A stretch of 57,465 bases of DNA, counting the filler, from Acidimicrobiia bacterium (lineage in GTDB: Bacteria > Actinomycetota > Acidimicrobiia > Spongiisociales > JAHEDJ01): NCBI GenBank assembly GCA_029210695.1. It is 3 parts of 3 records of this genome, joined end to end, with 100 filler letters (N's around TTAATTAATTAA, not from the genome) between each part and the next. Parts side by side here need not be neighbours in the genome. Positions count along the whole stretch, not along the records: positions 39,392 to 57,465 come from JARGFH010000064.1; 2 more parts are not named here. One strand, written 5' to 3'. The notes beneath the pieces were generated by a model, which was not told the origin of the DNA, ran no database searches, and was given only the letters and a program-made list of their open reading frames with translations. Shown here in pieces: positions 45,354-55,794 of this stretch. Within the stretch, counting starts at the first letter, position 1. The number at the start of each line of letters is the position of its first letter. Position numbers and translations under genes: made by a program.

Positions 45354-45844
45354 CCGATCGCGAACCGGCCGGCATTCACATCCCGAAAGAGACGGCTGAC
45401 GCCGAGTCAGTACCCGAGGACCTCGACTCCTGGGCCCTCGGCCCGTATGAGTTCCCTTCTCCGCGCCGCCGACGCCTCTCGGCCTGGGTGTATTTGGGGG
45501 CCGGCATGCTCGCCGCAGGCGGGGCAATGTCGGGGTTGCCGGCGGGCATGTGGATAGTTGCCGCTTCTTTGGTGGGACTGGCCGGCTGGCACATGCTGAC
45601 GGCCTGGCCTTTGGAAGTACGGGACTCCGAGGCACTGGAGACGGCGGCGAGGTCTGTCTCGTTTCCGGTTGGCCATTCGTCGGGAGCCGTCCGTTTTGAG
45701 GGTTGGCGTTCCCGACCGACCTGGAACGTGTTGCTCTATTCCGCAGACAACCCTCCGTCAAAGCGAGGACTCGTGCTCCTCGATGCGGTGACCGGCGAGC
45801 TACGGGGAGAGCCCTTCGAAGAGGTTATAGGTCCTGAGTTGTAG
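45350..45844 (+). CDS. Hypothetical membrane protein
   Basis: Coupled to thrS; two TMs followed by a conserved-looking WRSRPTWNVLLYS segment. Confidence 0.7.
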   Translation: MTDREPAGIHIPKETADAESVPEDLDSWALGPYEFPSPRRRRLSAWVYLGAGMLAAGGAMSGLPAGMWIVAASLVGLAGWHMLTAWPLEVRDSEALETAARSVSFPVGHSSGAVRFEGWRSRPTWNVLLYSADNPPSKRGLVLLDAVTGELRGEPFEEVIGPEL

Positions 45845-45854
45845 GTTCTGAGTT

Positions 45855-45888
45855 CGAGAAGGCGGCCCCCTGTGGAGCCGCCTTCTCG
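45855..45888. terminator. Bidirectional terminator-like hairpin
   Basis: cgagaaggcggc...gccgccttctcg 12-bp stem between convergent genes. Confidence 0.75.
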
Positions 45889-45922
45889 CAAGAACCTAGA
45901 ACCTAGAACTTATGACCTGTTT

Positions 45923-47212
45923 CTACCTCTGGTCCATCGGTACGAGCTTGCGTTCGTTCTCTCCGACGTAGATCTGTCGTGGACGGCCGATACGGGTGGT
46001 GGGATCGAACCGCATTTCCTTCCATTGGGCGATCCAGCCCGGCAGCCTGCCGATGGCAAACAACACGGTGAAGATATCGACGGGGAAACCCATCGCCTTG
46101 TAGATGATGCCCGAGTAGAAGTCGACATTCGGGTAGAGCTTGCGCTCTGCGAAGTACTCGTCCGATAGGGCAACCTCTTCGAGTTGTTTGGCAACATCGA
46201 GCATCGGGTCGTCTTTGCCGAGCTTGTCGAGCACATCACCCGCATAGCTCTTGATGATCCGGGCCCGGGGGTCGAAGTTCTTGTAGACACGATGACCGAA
46301 CCCCATCAACCGGAACGGGTCATCCTTGTCCTTGGCCTTGGCGATGAACTGCTCGACATCGCCGCCACCCTTGATGATCTCGTCCAGCATCTCAACCACC
46401 TGCTGGTTGGCTCCACCGTGGAGCGGACCAGACAGGGCGTGGATACCCGAAGCAACCGACGAGAACAGGTTGGCCTGTGACGAACCAACCATGCGCACCG
46501 TCGACGTCGAACAGTTCTGCTCGTGGTCGGCATGCAGGATCAGGAGCACATCGAGTGCCTTCGAGATGACCGGATCGACCTGGAACGGCTCGGTCGGATA
46601 CGAGAACATCATGTGCAGGAAGTTCGACGAGTAGTCGAGATCATTGCGTGGATACTGGAACGGCTGACTCAATCCATACTTGTAGCCCCAGGCCACCAGC
46701 GTGATCATCTTGGCGATCAAACGCTTGGCGCTTATGTCAATCGCAGCCTCATCGGTCGGATCCAGAGCATCCGGGTAGAAGGTCGCCAGCGCCGACACCG
46801 CCGAAGCCAGCATCTGCATCGGATGCGCATCAGACGGGAAGGCCTCATACAGATGCTTCATGTCCTCGCGCACCATCGTGTGATGGGTGATGTCGTTGGT
46901 GAACTTCTCGTAATCTGCCGCAGTCGGCATTTCGCCGTAGAGGAGGAGGTAGGCAACCTCCAGGAATGAGGCCGTGTCGGCGATCTGCTCGATCGGGTAG
47001 CCCCGATAACGCAGAATGCCCTCTTCGCCGTTGAGGAACGTGACGGAACTCAGAGCTTCCGCCGTGTTGGCGAATCCCTTGTCCTGAGTCACGATCCCCG
47101 TCTGTCCCCGCAGCTTGTTGATGTCGATCGCCACTTCCCCCTCGGTACCGGTGATGACCGGCAAAGTGATCTCTCGATCGCCGATTCTGAGAAAGGCCTC
47201 GTCCATGTCCAT
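45923..47212 (-). CDS. gltA: Citrate synthase
   Basis: LRYRGY, HADHEQNCST, GPLHGGAN, GFGHRVYK and YPNVDFYSG motifs. Confidence 0.97.
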   Translation of the reverse strand: MDMDEAFLRIGDREITLPVITGTEGEVAIDINKLRGQTGIVTQDKGFANTAEALSSVTFLNGEEGILRYRGYPIEQIADTASFLEVAYLLLYGEMPTAADYEKFTNDITHHTMVREDMKHLYEAFPSDAHPMQMLASAVSALATFYPDALDPTDEAAIDISAKRLIAKMITLVAWGYKYGLSQPFQYPRNDLDYSSNFLHMMFSYPTEPFQVDPVISKALDVLLILHADHEQNCSTSTVRMVGSSQANLFSSVASGIHALSGPLHGGANQQVVEMLDEIIKGGGDVEQFIAKAKDKDDPFRLMGFGHRVYKNFDPRARIIKSYAGDVLDKLGKDDPMLDVAKQLEEVALSDEYFAERKLYPNVDFYSGIIYKAMGFPVDIFTVLFAIGRLPGWIAQWKEMRFDPTTRIGRPRQIYVGENERKLVPMDQR

Positions 47213-47230
47213 CTCCTTTGCTGCGGTCCG

Positions 47231-49279
47231 CTAGGACTCATCCTCCCGGGCCGCGTCGATCACCTTCCGGGCTTCCTGACTTGGCATTTCGTCGTACCGT
47301 GTGAACTTCATCTCGAAGAACCCGCGGCCCCCGGTCATCGACCGGAGATCGACCGCATAACGCTGCATCTCGCCCAACGGCACCTCAGCGGTGACCACCC
47401 GCAGGTAGTCATCCGAGTCCATACCGAGCACGCGGCCACGCTTTGCGTTGATATCGCCTATCACGTCACCCATGTATTCCTCCGGGACTCTGATCCTCGC
47501 CTCCATGATGGGTTCGAGGATGATTGCTCCCAGGTTCGGAGCTGCGGCCCGGAAGGCAAGAATGCCTGCCATCCGGAACGACATCTCATCCGAGTCGACG
47601 GAGTGGTACTTACCGTCATAAAGAGTGGCCTGGACGTCGACGACCGGGTACCCGGCGAGTGGACCTTTCACTAGGGCCTCCTGGACCCCTTTTTCCACTG
47701 CGGGGATGAATTGGCGGGGAACCGATCCACCTTTGGTCGCATTGATGAACTCGAACCCGGCACCGCGAGGGAGTGGAGCGAACTTCACGAAGGCAACGCC
47801 AAACTGCCCACGACCGCCGCTCTGCTTCTTGTGTTTCCCTTCGGCCTCGGTCGACGCGGTGATGCTCTCGCGATACGGAACAGTCGGGGTGGCAGTGTCG
47901 ATCTCAACGCCGAACTTCCGATTGATCCGGGCTGCCGTCACATCCAGGTGTGCGTCACCGAGTCCAGACAGCACCGTCTCATGGGTCTCGGGCCGGCGTT
48001 CGACGGAGAGTGTCGGATCCTCTTCAACCATCTTCTGCAGCGCACCCGACAGCTTGTCCTCGTCCTGTGAGGACTTTGGGAAGACCGCCAGTGACATGAC
48101 AGGGGCCGGGAAGCTGACCGGCTTGATGCGGATACCGGCGCCCGGGGTAACGAGTGTGTCGCCCGCCAGAAGGGAATCGAGTTTGGCGACTGCGGCGATG
48201 TCCCCGGTTGTGACCTCCCTGGCATCGTGGTGATCCTTGCCTTGCATGAAGAAGAGGTTGTGCATGCGGCCGTGACCGCCTCTGGTGGCGTTGTCGAGGT
48301 TGTCGTCGGCCATCACCGAACCTGAGAAGACACGGAACAACGAGATCCGACCGACGTAGGGGTCGGAATGTGTCTTGAATACGTAAGCGGTCGCAGGCCC
48401 CTCGGCAGAGACGACGAGTTCCCCCTCCTCCATCGGAGGCGCAGAATGCTCCAGTGGATTCGGGCCGAATTCAACGATGAAGTCGGCGAGGGTGTCGATG
48501 CCGATCAAGCCGGTGGCCGAGCCGCACAGGACCGGGAAGATTTCCGCTTCGAGCATGCCTGAATGTACGGAGGCGATGATCTGATCGCGGGTCGGCTCCT
48601 GGCCTTCGAAATATCGTTCCAGCATCTCGTCGTCCGTCTCGACGATGGCTTCGATGAGCGTGGTGTGTGCTGCTGCGACCGCGTCGGCCAATTCGGGGGG
48701 GAGATCGACCTGGGATGCGATGAACCCGCCGTCGTATCCGAAAGCCCGGTTGGAAACGACCCGCACGATCCCCTTGAGGTCCTGTTCAGATCCGATGGGC
48801 AGCTGAATAGGGGCGATGCGCTTTCCGAAGGCTTCGCTGAGCTGGGTGAGGGTTCGCTGGAATGACGACCGTTCCCGATCGAGCTTGTTGATGTATACGA
48901 CCCGCGGTATGTGCTCTTCTGAGGCGGCCCTCCACAAAGCTTCGGTCTGGACCTCGACTCCGTCAACGGCGGACACGACGAAGATGGCCATGTCGGCGAC
49001 CCGGAGGGCTGCAAGAGCATCGCCGATGAAGTCGGCGTACCCGGGGGCATCGAGGATATTGATCTTGTGGCCCTTCCATTCACAAGAGGCCACCGCGACG
49101 TTCAAGGAGATCTGGCGTTCTGTCTCCTCGGGTTCGAAATCGGTGACCGTGGTGCCGTCTTCGACACGTCCAACCCGGGTGGTGGTGCCTGTGACATGAA
49201 GGAGTGCTTCAGCGAGACTCGTTTTCCCGGCGCCGCCATGTCCAACCAGCACCACGTTGCGGATTCTCTCGGGAACCAC
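47231..49279 (-). CDS. Elongation factor G-like protein (EF-G2)
   Basis: GHGGAGKT, DAPGYADF, NKLD, GLGDAHL and KKQSGGRGQFG. The G1 motif is non-canonical and the gene is not in the str operon. Confidence 0.92.
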   Translation of the reverse strand: MVPERIRNVVLVGHGGAGKTSLAEALLHVTGTTTRVGRVEDGTTVTDFEPEETERQISLNVAVASCEWKGHKINILDAPGYADFIGDALAALRVADMAIFVVSAVDGVEVQTEALWRAASEEHIPRVVYINKLDRERSSFQRTLTQLSEAFGKRIAPIQLPIGSEQDLKGIVRVVSNRAFGYDGGFIASQVDLPPELADAVAAAHTTLIEAIVETDDEMLERYFEGQEPTRDQIIASVHSGMLEAEIFPVLCGSATGLIGIDTLADFIVEFGPNPLEHSAPPMEEGELVVSAEGPATAYVFKTHSDPYVGRISLFRVFSGSVMADDNLDNATRGGHGRMHNLFFMQGKDHHDAREVTTGDIAAVAKLDSLLAGDTLVTPGAGIRIKPVSFPAPVMSLAVFPKSSQDEDKLSGALQKMVEEDPTLSVERRPETHETVLSGLGDAHLDVTAARINRKFGVEIDTATPTVPYRESITASTEAEGKHKKQSGGRGQFGVAFVKFAPLPRGAGFEFINATKGGSVPRQFIPAVEKGVQEALVKGPLAGYPVVDVQATLYDGKYHSVDSDEMSFRMAGILAFRAAAPNLGAIILEPIMEARIRVPEEYMGDVIGDINAKRGRVLGMDSDDYLRVVTAEVPLGEMQRYAVDLRSMTGGRGFFEMKFTRYDEMPSQEARKVIDAAREDES

Positions 49280-49373
49280 ACGACCTCCTCGTTGCTCGGG
49301 TTCGGGCGCATACTAGTTGCGGTGACCAGCGCGGATTCCTGCTACGTTGGGCGCCTCCCGGGAAAGCCTCCAT

Positions 49374-49967
49374 ATGATCGAGCAACGAGCCAGAGGCCAT
49401 GTCGAGCGATATCTCGATCCGATCGGCCGTGTCCTCGTTGCTGCGGGGTTCACCCCGATGGCCGTCACGATCGTCGGCCTCAGCCTCGTGGTCGGCGGAT
49501 CGGTGGTAGTCGGGTTTTCACATTTCGTTCTGGGTGCCTCCATGGCCTTGCTCGGCTCGGCTCTCGACGGGCTCGACGGGACCGTAGCCCGCCTCTCGGG
49601 CAAGGCATCCAAACGCGGCGCCTTCCTCGACTCGGTCTCGGATCGCCTGGGTGAAACCGCTATGTGGGCGGGCCTTGCCTTCGCGGTGTCGCACAATGCG
49701 CTGGCCACCTCCGACAACGCGGTCCTGGCGTTGCTCTGCGTCCTCAACCTGGGAGCCTCACTTCTGGTGTCGTATCTCCGCGCTCGGGCGGAATCTGTGG
49801 GAGCAGACGGTCGCGGAGGGCTCATGGGTCGAGCGGAACGCGTGATCTTGTACACAGCCGGGCTGGCTTTCAACTTCGTCCCCGTTATGTTGTGGGTCAT
49901 GGCCGCCCTGACCTGGATGACCGTCGCACAACGGTTCGCATTGGTGTGGCAACGTCTCGAAGGTTGA
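49374..49967 (+). CDS. pgsA: Phosphatidylinositol phosphate synthase (CDP-alcohol phosphatidyltransferase)
   Basis: DGLDGTVAR..GAFLDSVSDR and SYLRARAE motifs. Confidence 0.88.
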   Translation: MIEQRARGHVERYLDPIGRVLVAAGFTPMAVTIVGLSLVVGGSVVVGFSHFVLGASMALLGSALDGLDGTVARLSGKASKRGAFLDSVSDRLGETAMWAGLAFAVSHNALATSDNAVLALLCVLNLGASLLVSYLRARAESVGADGRGGLMGRAERVILYTAGLAFNFVPVMLWVMAALTWMTVAQRFALVWQRLEG

Positions 49968-50845
49968 AACGCTTAACGGTCTACTGGACGCTGCGGTTCG
50001 CCGCCGGCATCCTGGCGATACTTCCCGAGCGCGTCGCAGTGCATCTCGGCCACCTCGGTGGCTGGATTGCCTGGCTGGTGGCCGGGGACAAAAAGCAGAT
50101 GGCCATTCGCCACATGGAGAGGCTCGGTGCGGGTGCGTCTGCTGAGCGCAAGGCGCGCCGGATGTACGCGGCCTACGGCCGCTACTGGGCCGAGGCGTTG
50201 TGGATGCGCCCGCGGCGTGCCGGCGAGGCGAGGGAGCGAATAACGGTCGATGGCCTCGATCGGGTGCTGGCCGCCCGGGATGCCGGGGCCGGAGTCGTAT
50301 TCGCTCTGCCGCATCTCGGCAACTGGGAAGTGGCGGGAACCATCGCTCAGAGTGAACACATCGAGCTCATGGCAGTGGCCGAGAATCTCCGCAACCGGCG
50401 CCTGGTCGACTGGTTCATCAAACTCCGCAACATGCTCGGGATCCAAATCGTTCTTGCAGACGGGAGCCGCGAAGTCTTCAAAAAGCTGCTGGCCGTGATT
50501 GGTCGAGGCGGCGCGATCGCCCTTCTGTGCGATCGGGATCTGAACGGACGCGGGGTCGAAGTGGAGTTCTTCGGCGAGATGACGACGTTGCCCGGCGGGG
50601 CGATCAGCATCGGTATTCGCACCGGTGCCCCTGTAATCCCGGTTGGCACGTACTTTCGGGACGGGCGCGGCCACCACATCATCGTCGGCCGACCAATCGA
50701 CATCCCGTCGGAAGGCAGCATGGACGAACGGGTGGCAGGGGGCGTACGAGAACTCGCCGCCGCCTTCGAGGCGTTGATACGTCGGGCGCCGGAGCAGTGG
50801 CATCTTCTCCAACCGAACTGGCCGTCCGATCGGGAAATCTCGTGA
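49964..50845 (+). CDS. Phosphatidylinositol mannoside acyltransferase
   Basis: YGRYWAE, LPHLGNWE, LLCDRDL and EQWHLLQP motifs; lies between pgsA and pimA. Confidence 0.88.
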   Translation: MKRLTVYWTLRFAAGILAILPERVAVHLGHLGGWIAWLVAGDKKQMAIRHMERLGAGASAERKARRMYAAYGRYWAEALWMRPRRAGEARERITVDGLDRVLAARDAGAGVVFALPHLGNWEVAGTIAQSEHIELMAVAENLRNRRLVDWFIKLRNMLGIQIVLADGSREVFKKLLAVIGRGGAIALLCDRDLNGRGVEVEFFGEMTTLPGGAISIGIRTGAPVIPVGTYFRDGRGHHIIVGRPIDIPSEGSMDERVAGGVRELAAAFEALIRRAPEQWHLLQPNWPSDREIS

Positions 50846-51885
50846 AGGTCGCAGTCGTTTCGCCCTATGCCCTCGATGCGCCGGGCGGTGTGCAGAACCA
50901 GGTCATTGAACTGACCAAACGTCTCGGAGACCAAGGTGTCGATGCCTGGGCGGTCGGACCGGGCCGCCGCGGACCGCTCGGCTCCCGCTTGTTGGGACGC
51001 GGCATCTCTATTCCCGTCAACGGTTCACGCGCTCCGCTGGGCCTCCAGCCGTCGATCCTGCGGAGAGCAGCGACAGCTGTGCAGGGAGCTGACGTGGTGC
51101 ACCTCCACGAACCATTCGTGCCGGTGATCGGCTGGGCCTTGTTGGGCAGGAGCGGGATTCCAATCGTCGGGACTTTTCATGCCGATCCGTCTTCTCTGGT
51201 TCGAGGCGCTTATCGCCGCCTGCGTCCGGTTGCGGGGCGAATAGCGAAGAACCTGTCGATTGCGACCGCGGTGAGCGAGGTCGCTGCTTCTGCAGTGCGG
51301 CCGTTTCTCCCGGATGTCACCATCATCCCCAATGCCATCGACACTGCGGAGTACCGGCCGGACGTGAAGAAAGACCCCCACCGGGTGGCGTTCCTCGGCC
51401 GCGACGAGCCGCGCAAAGGTCTCGATGTACTGCTGGCTGCCTGGCCTGCCATCACAAATGCGGTACCGGATGCCGAACTCGATGTGATCGGCACCTACAG
51501 ATCGGATCGAACCGATGGTGTTCGCTTTCTCGGGCGGGTCGATGGGAAGGACAAGGCAGATCGCCTGGCGGAAAGCGCGATCTTCGTCGCACCGAATCTC
51601 GGTGGCGAGAGCTTCGGGATCACGTTGCTCGAGGGTATGGCCGCCGGTTGTGCTGTTGTCGCCTCGGATTTGCCGGCCTTCACGGCGGTCGGGGACGCGG
51701 CGGTCAGATACTTCGCCCGCGGGAACGCCACGGACCTAGCCGAGGCGGTCATCGATCTGCTGCTCGATGCGGCGCAAACGCGGGAGGCAGGGCAGCATGC
51801 GGTGCGGCGTTCGCAAACCTTCGACTGGACTACAGTTCTCCCCGCGTACATGCAGACCTACGAATCCGCAGTACGCGGCCACTGA
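50842..51885 (+). CDS. pimA: GT4 glycosyltransferase, PimA-like
   Basis: PGGVQ, HLHEP, EPRKG and GGESFGITLLEGMA motifs; conserved locus. Confidence 0.85.
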   Translation: MKVAVVSPYALDAPGGVQNQVIELTKRLGDQGVDAWAVGPGRRGPLGSRLLGRGISIPVNGSRAPLGLQPSILRRAATAVQGADVVHLHEPFVPVIGWALLGRSGIPIVGTFHADPSSLVRGAYRRLRPVAGRIAKNLSIATAVSEVAASAVRPFLPDVTIIPNAIDTAEYRPDVKKDPHRVAFLGRDEPRKGLDVLLAAWPAITNAVPDAELDVIGTYRSDRTDGVRFLGRVDGKDKADRLAESAIFVAPNLGGESFGITLLEGMAAGCAVVASDLPAFTAVGDAAVRYFARGNATDLAEAVIDLLLDAAQTREAGQHAVRRSQTFDWTTVLPAYMQTYESAVRGH

Positions 51886-51905
51886 CCTCTCCTCTTCCCA
51901 GGACT

Positions 51906-53006
51906 ATGCAACAACTCATTGAACGCTTCAAGAACCTGTCCAGAGAGCAACAACTCGCCATTGGAGGTGGATCGGCCGTGGTGCTGGTCCTACTCGTCGT
52001 TGTGCTCTTTCTCACCGGGGGTGATGACGAACCGGTGAGCGTTGCCTCCACGACCACTTCGACCTCTGAGGTCGACACGACCACAACATCGCAACCCGGG
52101 ACTACGACCACAACGGTCGGGCCGGCGGGGGAGATCTGGCCGCTGACCGGAGTGGCCGATGCAGAGGCAGTCCCAACGGCACCCATCCTCGTCGCCAAAA
52201 TCGACAACAGCTCTTCTTCCCGGCCTCAAACCGGAATCGCCGAAGCAGACATGGTCATCGAGGTCCTCGTCGAGGGCGGCGTGGCCCGCTTCCTGGCCTT
52301 CTTCCAGTCGGAAATCCCCATCGAGATCGGGCCGATTCGGAGCGCCCGAGAAGTTGACCCGAAGCTCATTGCGCCATTTGGTGTGGTTTTCGCACACTCG
52401 GGCGGCGTGGCCGCCAATGTCGAGGCCATACGCCGGGTGGCAGTGGACGCCGGGGATCCTGTACTCGGCAGCGCCGCCTACGGTCGCGACCCTGACCGGC
52501 CCGCACCGTACGACCTGATGCTGAACCCGGAGGTAGCTCTCGAACTGGGTGACGAGACGACGGGGGACATCTGGTTCCGGTTCGACGAGACAGCACCGGA
52601 GGGCGAGCAGGCGCTGACGGTGAATCTCTCGCTCTCACCGTTGACCAATCCGACGTATCGATGGTCATCCGCCGATAACGGATTCCTCCGTTTCCACGGC
52701 GACGTCGCCCACGTTGATGACTCCGGCGAGGAGATCGTGGCGAGCAACGTAATCGTTCTGGTCGTACGCCAGATCGATACGGGCAGGACGGACTCCGCAG
52801 GCAACGCGGTGCCCGACTACCAGGTCAACGGCAACGGCGATGCGTTTGTGTTTCGCGATGGGGTTGCCATCCGGGGAACCTGGGAGCGCGGCAGCGAAGA
52901 TGGGTTCTTCCGCATCCTCGATGCGACCGGACAACCGATTCCCCTGGCCCCGGGGAATGTATGGATCGAACTCACCCCAATCGGCCGCAGCCTCGGCTGG
53001 CAGTAG
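51906..53006 (+). CDS. DUF3048 domain protein
   Basis: TM, Thr-rich linker, WPLTG, KIDN..RPQTG, VEGGVARF and GPIRSAR motifs. Confidence 0.85.
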   Translation: MQQLIERFKNLSREQQLAIGGGSAVVLVLLVVVLFLTGGDDEPVSVASTTTSTSEVDTTTTSQPGTTTTTVGPAGEIWPLTGVADAEAVPTAPILVAKIDNSSSSRPQTGIAEADMVIEVLVEGGVARFLAFFQSEIPIEIGPIRSAREVDPKLIAPFGVVFAHSGGVAANVEAIRRVAVDAGDPVLGSAAYGRDPDRPAPYDLMLNPEVALELGDETTGDIWFRFDETAPEGEQALTVNLSLSPLTNPTYRWSSADNGFLRFHGDVAHVDDSGEEIVASNVIVLVVRQIDTGRTDSAGNAVPDYQVNGNGDAFVFRDGVAIRGTWERGSEDGFFRILDATGQPIPLAPGNVWIELTPIGRSLGWQ

Positions 53007-53030
53007 AATCGGTAGAAAAGGAGTCACACC

Positions 53031-53906
53031 GTGGAACGTGGTACCGATCGAGTCAAGCGAGGCCTTGCCGAGATGCTCAAGGGCGGCGTGATAATGGACG
53101 TCGTCAACGCCGAGCACGCCAGGATCGCCGAGGACGCAGGTGCTGTTGCGGTGATGGCGCTCGAGCGGGTTCCGGCCGACATTCGGGCCGACGGTGGTGT
53201 GGCCCGCATGTCGGATCCGGCGATGATCGAAGAGATCATGGAGACCGTGAGCATTCCTGTCATGGCCAAGGTGCGTATCGGACATTTCGTTGAGGCACAG
53301 ATATTGCAGGCCATGGACGTCGATTACATCGACGAGTCCGAGGTACTGACCCCGGCCGACGAGGAGCACCACATCGACAAGTGGGCGTTCACGACTCCGT
53401 TCGTATGTGGTGCCCGCAATCTGGGGGAAGCCCTTCGCCGCATCGGTGAGGGGGCGGCGATGATCCGCACAAAGGGCGAAGCCGGCACCGGCAACGTGGT
53501 GGAAGCCGTTCGGCACATGCGGCGGGTGACGAATGAGATCCGGGCGCTGGCCTCGATGAGCCCGGAACAGCTCATGGCGGCGGCGCGCGACCTCGGCGCT
53601 CCGTTTGATCTGGTCCAGGAAATCGCCGAGACGGGCAAACTCCCCGTTGTGAATTTCGCGGCTGGAGGCCTGGCTACGCCTGCCGATGCTGCCCTGATGA
53701 TGCAGCTCGGATGCGACGGTGTGTTCGTCGGGTCCGGAATCTTCAAGAGCTCCGACCCATCGACACGGGCCAAGGCGATTGTTGAAGCAACCACCTATGC
53801 CAACGATCCGGACCAACTCATCAAGGTGTCACGGGGCCTCGGTGCGGCTATGCCCGGCCAGGAGATCGCCGATCTCGAGGTCAAGCTCGCCGAACGAGGC
53901 TGGTGA
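53031..53906 (+). CDS. pdxS: Pyridoxal 5'-phosphate synthase lyase subunit
   Basis: [22 protein letters not shown] and [11 protein letters not shown] motifs. Confidence 0.97.
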   Translation: MERGTDRVKRGLAEMLKGGVIMDVVNAEHARIAEDAGAVAVMALERVPADIRADGGVARMSDPAMIEEIMETVSIPVMAKVRIGHFVEAQILQAMDVDYIDESEVLTPADEEHHIDKWAFTTPFVCGARNLGEALRRIGEGAAMIRTKGEAGTGNVVEAVRHMRRVTNEIRALASMSPEQLMAAARDLGAPFDLVQEIAETGKLPVVNFAAGGLATPADAALMMQLGCDGVFVGSGIFKSSDPSTRAKAIVEATTYANDPDQLIKVSRGLGAAMPGQEIADLEVKLAERGW

Positions 53907-54481
53907 GGATGGGCCCGGTCGGTGTTCTCGCCCTCCAGGGCGACTTTCGGGAACATCAGCAGAGCCTGGAACGCGCAGGGGCGATCTCTCGACAGGTTCG
54001 CCGGCCGGCGGATCTCGACGGCATCTCAGCTCTGGTGATCCCTGGCGGGGAATCGACCACGATCGGCCGGTTGGCCATCCTCTACGGGTTGATCGACCCA
54101 TTGTGCGAGGTCGTCGACGGCGGGCTCCCCACGTTCGGTACCTGCGCGGGGCTCATCTTCCTGGCCGCCGGAACGGTCAAAGAGGGTCCGCCGCAATTGG
54201 GATGCCTCGATGTGATCGTCGAACGAAACGCTTTCGGACGCCAGAACGACTCGTTTGAGGCACCCATCGAGGTGCAGGGCCTCGAAGCGCCGTATCTCGG
54301 TGTGTTCATTCGGGCCCCGCAAGTCTCCAAGGTGGGGCCGCACGTGGAGGTGCTGGCGACCTACGATGGTCAGGTCGTCATGGTCCGGCAAGAAAATATC
54401 CTGGCTAGTGCGTTCCATCCGGAGCTCACAGACGACGTGCGGATCCACGAGATGGTGTTGAGCATGCGGAAGGGAGACTGA
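53903..54481 (+). CDS. pdxT: Pyridoxal 5'-phosphate synthase glutaminase subunit
   Basis: LALQGDF, PGGEST, GTCAG and FHPEL motifs. Confidence 0.96.
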   Translation: MRMGPVGVLALQGDFREHQQSLERAGAISRQVRRPADLDGISALVIPGGESTTIGRLAILYGLIDPLCEVVDGGLPTFGTCAGLIFLAAGTVKEGPPQLGCLDVIVERNAFGRQNDSFEAPIEVQGLEAPYLGVFIRAPQVSKVGPHVEVLATYDGQVVMVRQENILASAFHPELTDDVRIHEMVLSMRKGD

Positions 54482-55224
54482 TGTCAGGCCACTCCAAATG
54501 GGCCAACATCAAACACAGGAAGGGCAGGCAGGACGAGGCCAGGGGGAAGTTGTTCGCCAAACTCGCCAAGGCCATCGAGGCTTCCGCCCGTCACGGTGGC
54601 GGCGACCCGGCGATGAACCCGACGCTGGCGACGGCTATCGCCAAGGCCAAAGCCGCTTCGATGCCCAACGACAACATCGACAGGGCACTCAAACGCGGGT
54701 CTGGTGAGGGAGCGGACGCGGTCGACTTCACCGAGGTTTGGTACGAGGGCTATGGGCCGGGAGGAGTCGCCGTCTATATCCACGCGTTGACCGACAATCG
54801 CAACCGGGCCGGTTCCGACATTCGGGCGACGATGACAAGGAACAATGGCAACCTGGGTGAACCCGGCTCTGTCGGGTACCTCTTCGACCAAAAAGGATTC
54901 ATAATCGCCATGGGCGACGAGGAGGCCGTCATACTCACGGCGTTGGACGCCGGCGCCGAAGATGTCCGCGAAGCAGACGGGGCCTTCGAAGTCATAACCC
55001 GCCCCTCCGACATGCCGGTTATCGAGAAGGCTCTCCTGGGGGCCGGCGTCAAGGTGGAATCCGCAGACGTGACCCAGCTACCCAGCACGACCGTGCCGCT
55101 CGAGCGGGAAACCGCCGGCAAGGTGTTGCGCCTCATCGACGCACTCGAAGACCTCGACGACGTCCAGGATGTCTACGCCAACTTCGACATTCCGGACGAT
55201 GTGATGGACGCGCTCAGCCAGTAG
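54481..55224 (+). CDS. yebC: YebC/PmpR family protein
   Basis: [26 protein letters not shown] and DDVQDVY motifs. Confidence 0.95.
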   Translation: MSGHSKWANIKHRKGRQDEARGKLFAKLAKAIEASARHGGGDPAMNPTLATAIAKAKAASMPNDNIDRALKRGSGEGADAVDFTEVWYEGYGPGGVAVYIHALTDNRNRAGSDIRATMTRNNGNLGEPGSVGYLFDQKGFIIAMGDEEAVILTALDAGAEDVREADGAFEVITRPSDMPVIEKALLGAGVKVESADVTQLPSTTVPLERETAGKVLRLIDALEDLDDVQDVYANFDIPDDVMDALSQ

Positions 55225-55287
55225 CCGCACGCCGATCCCTGCAGGGAGGGCCCGGCGACAAAGCGTGATTCCGTCCGGACTGCCGGG

Positions 55288-55309
55288 TACAATCCCGTAC
55301 ATATGTTCG
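55288..55309 (+). promoter_or_regulatory. -10 box plus LexA (SOS) box overlapping the ruvC start
   Basis: TACAAT at 55288-55293. CGTAC-ATAT-GTTCG at 55296-55309 has one mismatch to CGAAC-N4-GTTCG. Confidence 0.7.
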
Positions 55310-55794
55310 TTTTGGGTATCGATCCCGGACTCACTACCACCGGCTATGGACTGGTTACTCGGACCGCCGACGGCCTCCGTCTGCGCACCTTTGGTGTGAT
55401 CCGAACTGCGACCGGCGACGCTATCGAACGGCGTCTGCTGGAGTTACACAGGGATCTCAGCGAGGTCATCGAGGAGCACCACCCAGATGCCATGGCGATC
55501 GAACAGGTCTTCACCAACCGGAACCTCCAGACATCGATCGCAGTGGGTCGCGCCTCCGGCGTAGCTCTGCTGGCCGGAGCCACGGCCGGACTGCCCGTCC
55601 ATGAATACACACCGACCCAGGTGAAGTCGGCAGTGGTGGGATACGGCAGGGCCGACAAAAAGCAGGTTCAACGGATGGTGATGCAGCGTCTCGACCTGCA
55701 TGAGCTACCGACTCCTGCGGATGCGGCGGATGCGCTGGCCGTGGCACTGTGCCACCTTCAGGCATACCGGCTGGCCGGTAGGTTGTCCGGATGA
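55303..55794 (+). CDS. ruvC: Holliday junction resolvase
   Basis: LGIDPG, IEQVF, EYTPTQVK and DAADALAVA motifs. Confidence 0.96.
   Translation: MFVLGIDPGLTTTGYGLVTRTADGLRLRTFGVIRTATGDAIERRLLELHRDLSEVIEEHHPDAMAIEQVFTNRNLQTSIAVGRASGVALLAGATAGLPVHEYTPTQVKSAVVGYGRADKKQVQRMVMQRLDLHELPTPADAADALAVALCHLQAYRLAGRLSG

Noticed and set aside
47231..49279. Canonical fusA or tetracycline ribosomal protection protein
   Set aside because: The GHGGAGKT G1 motif and the position beside pgsA fit the common actinobacterial EF-G2 paralogue.
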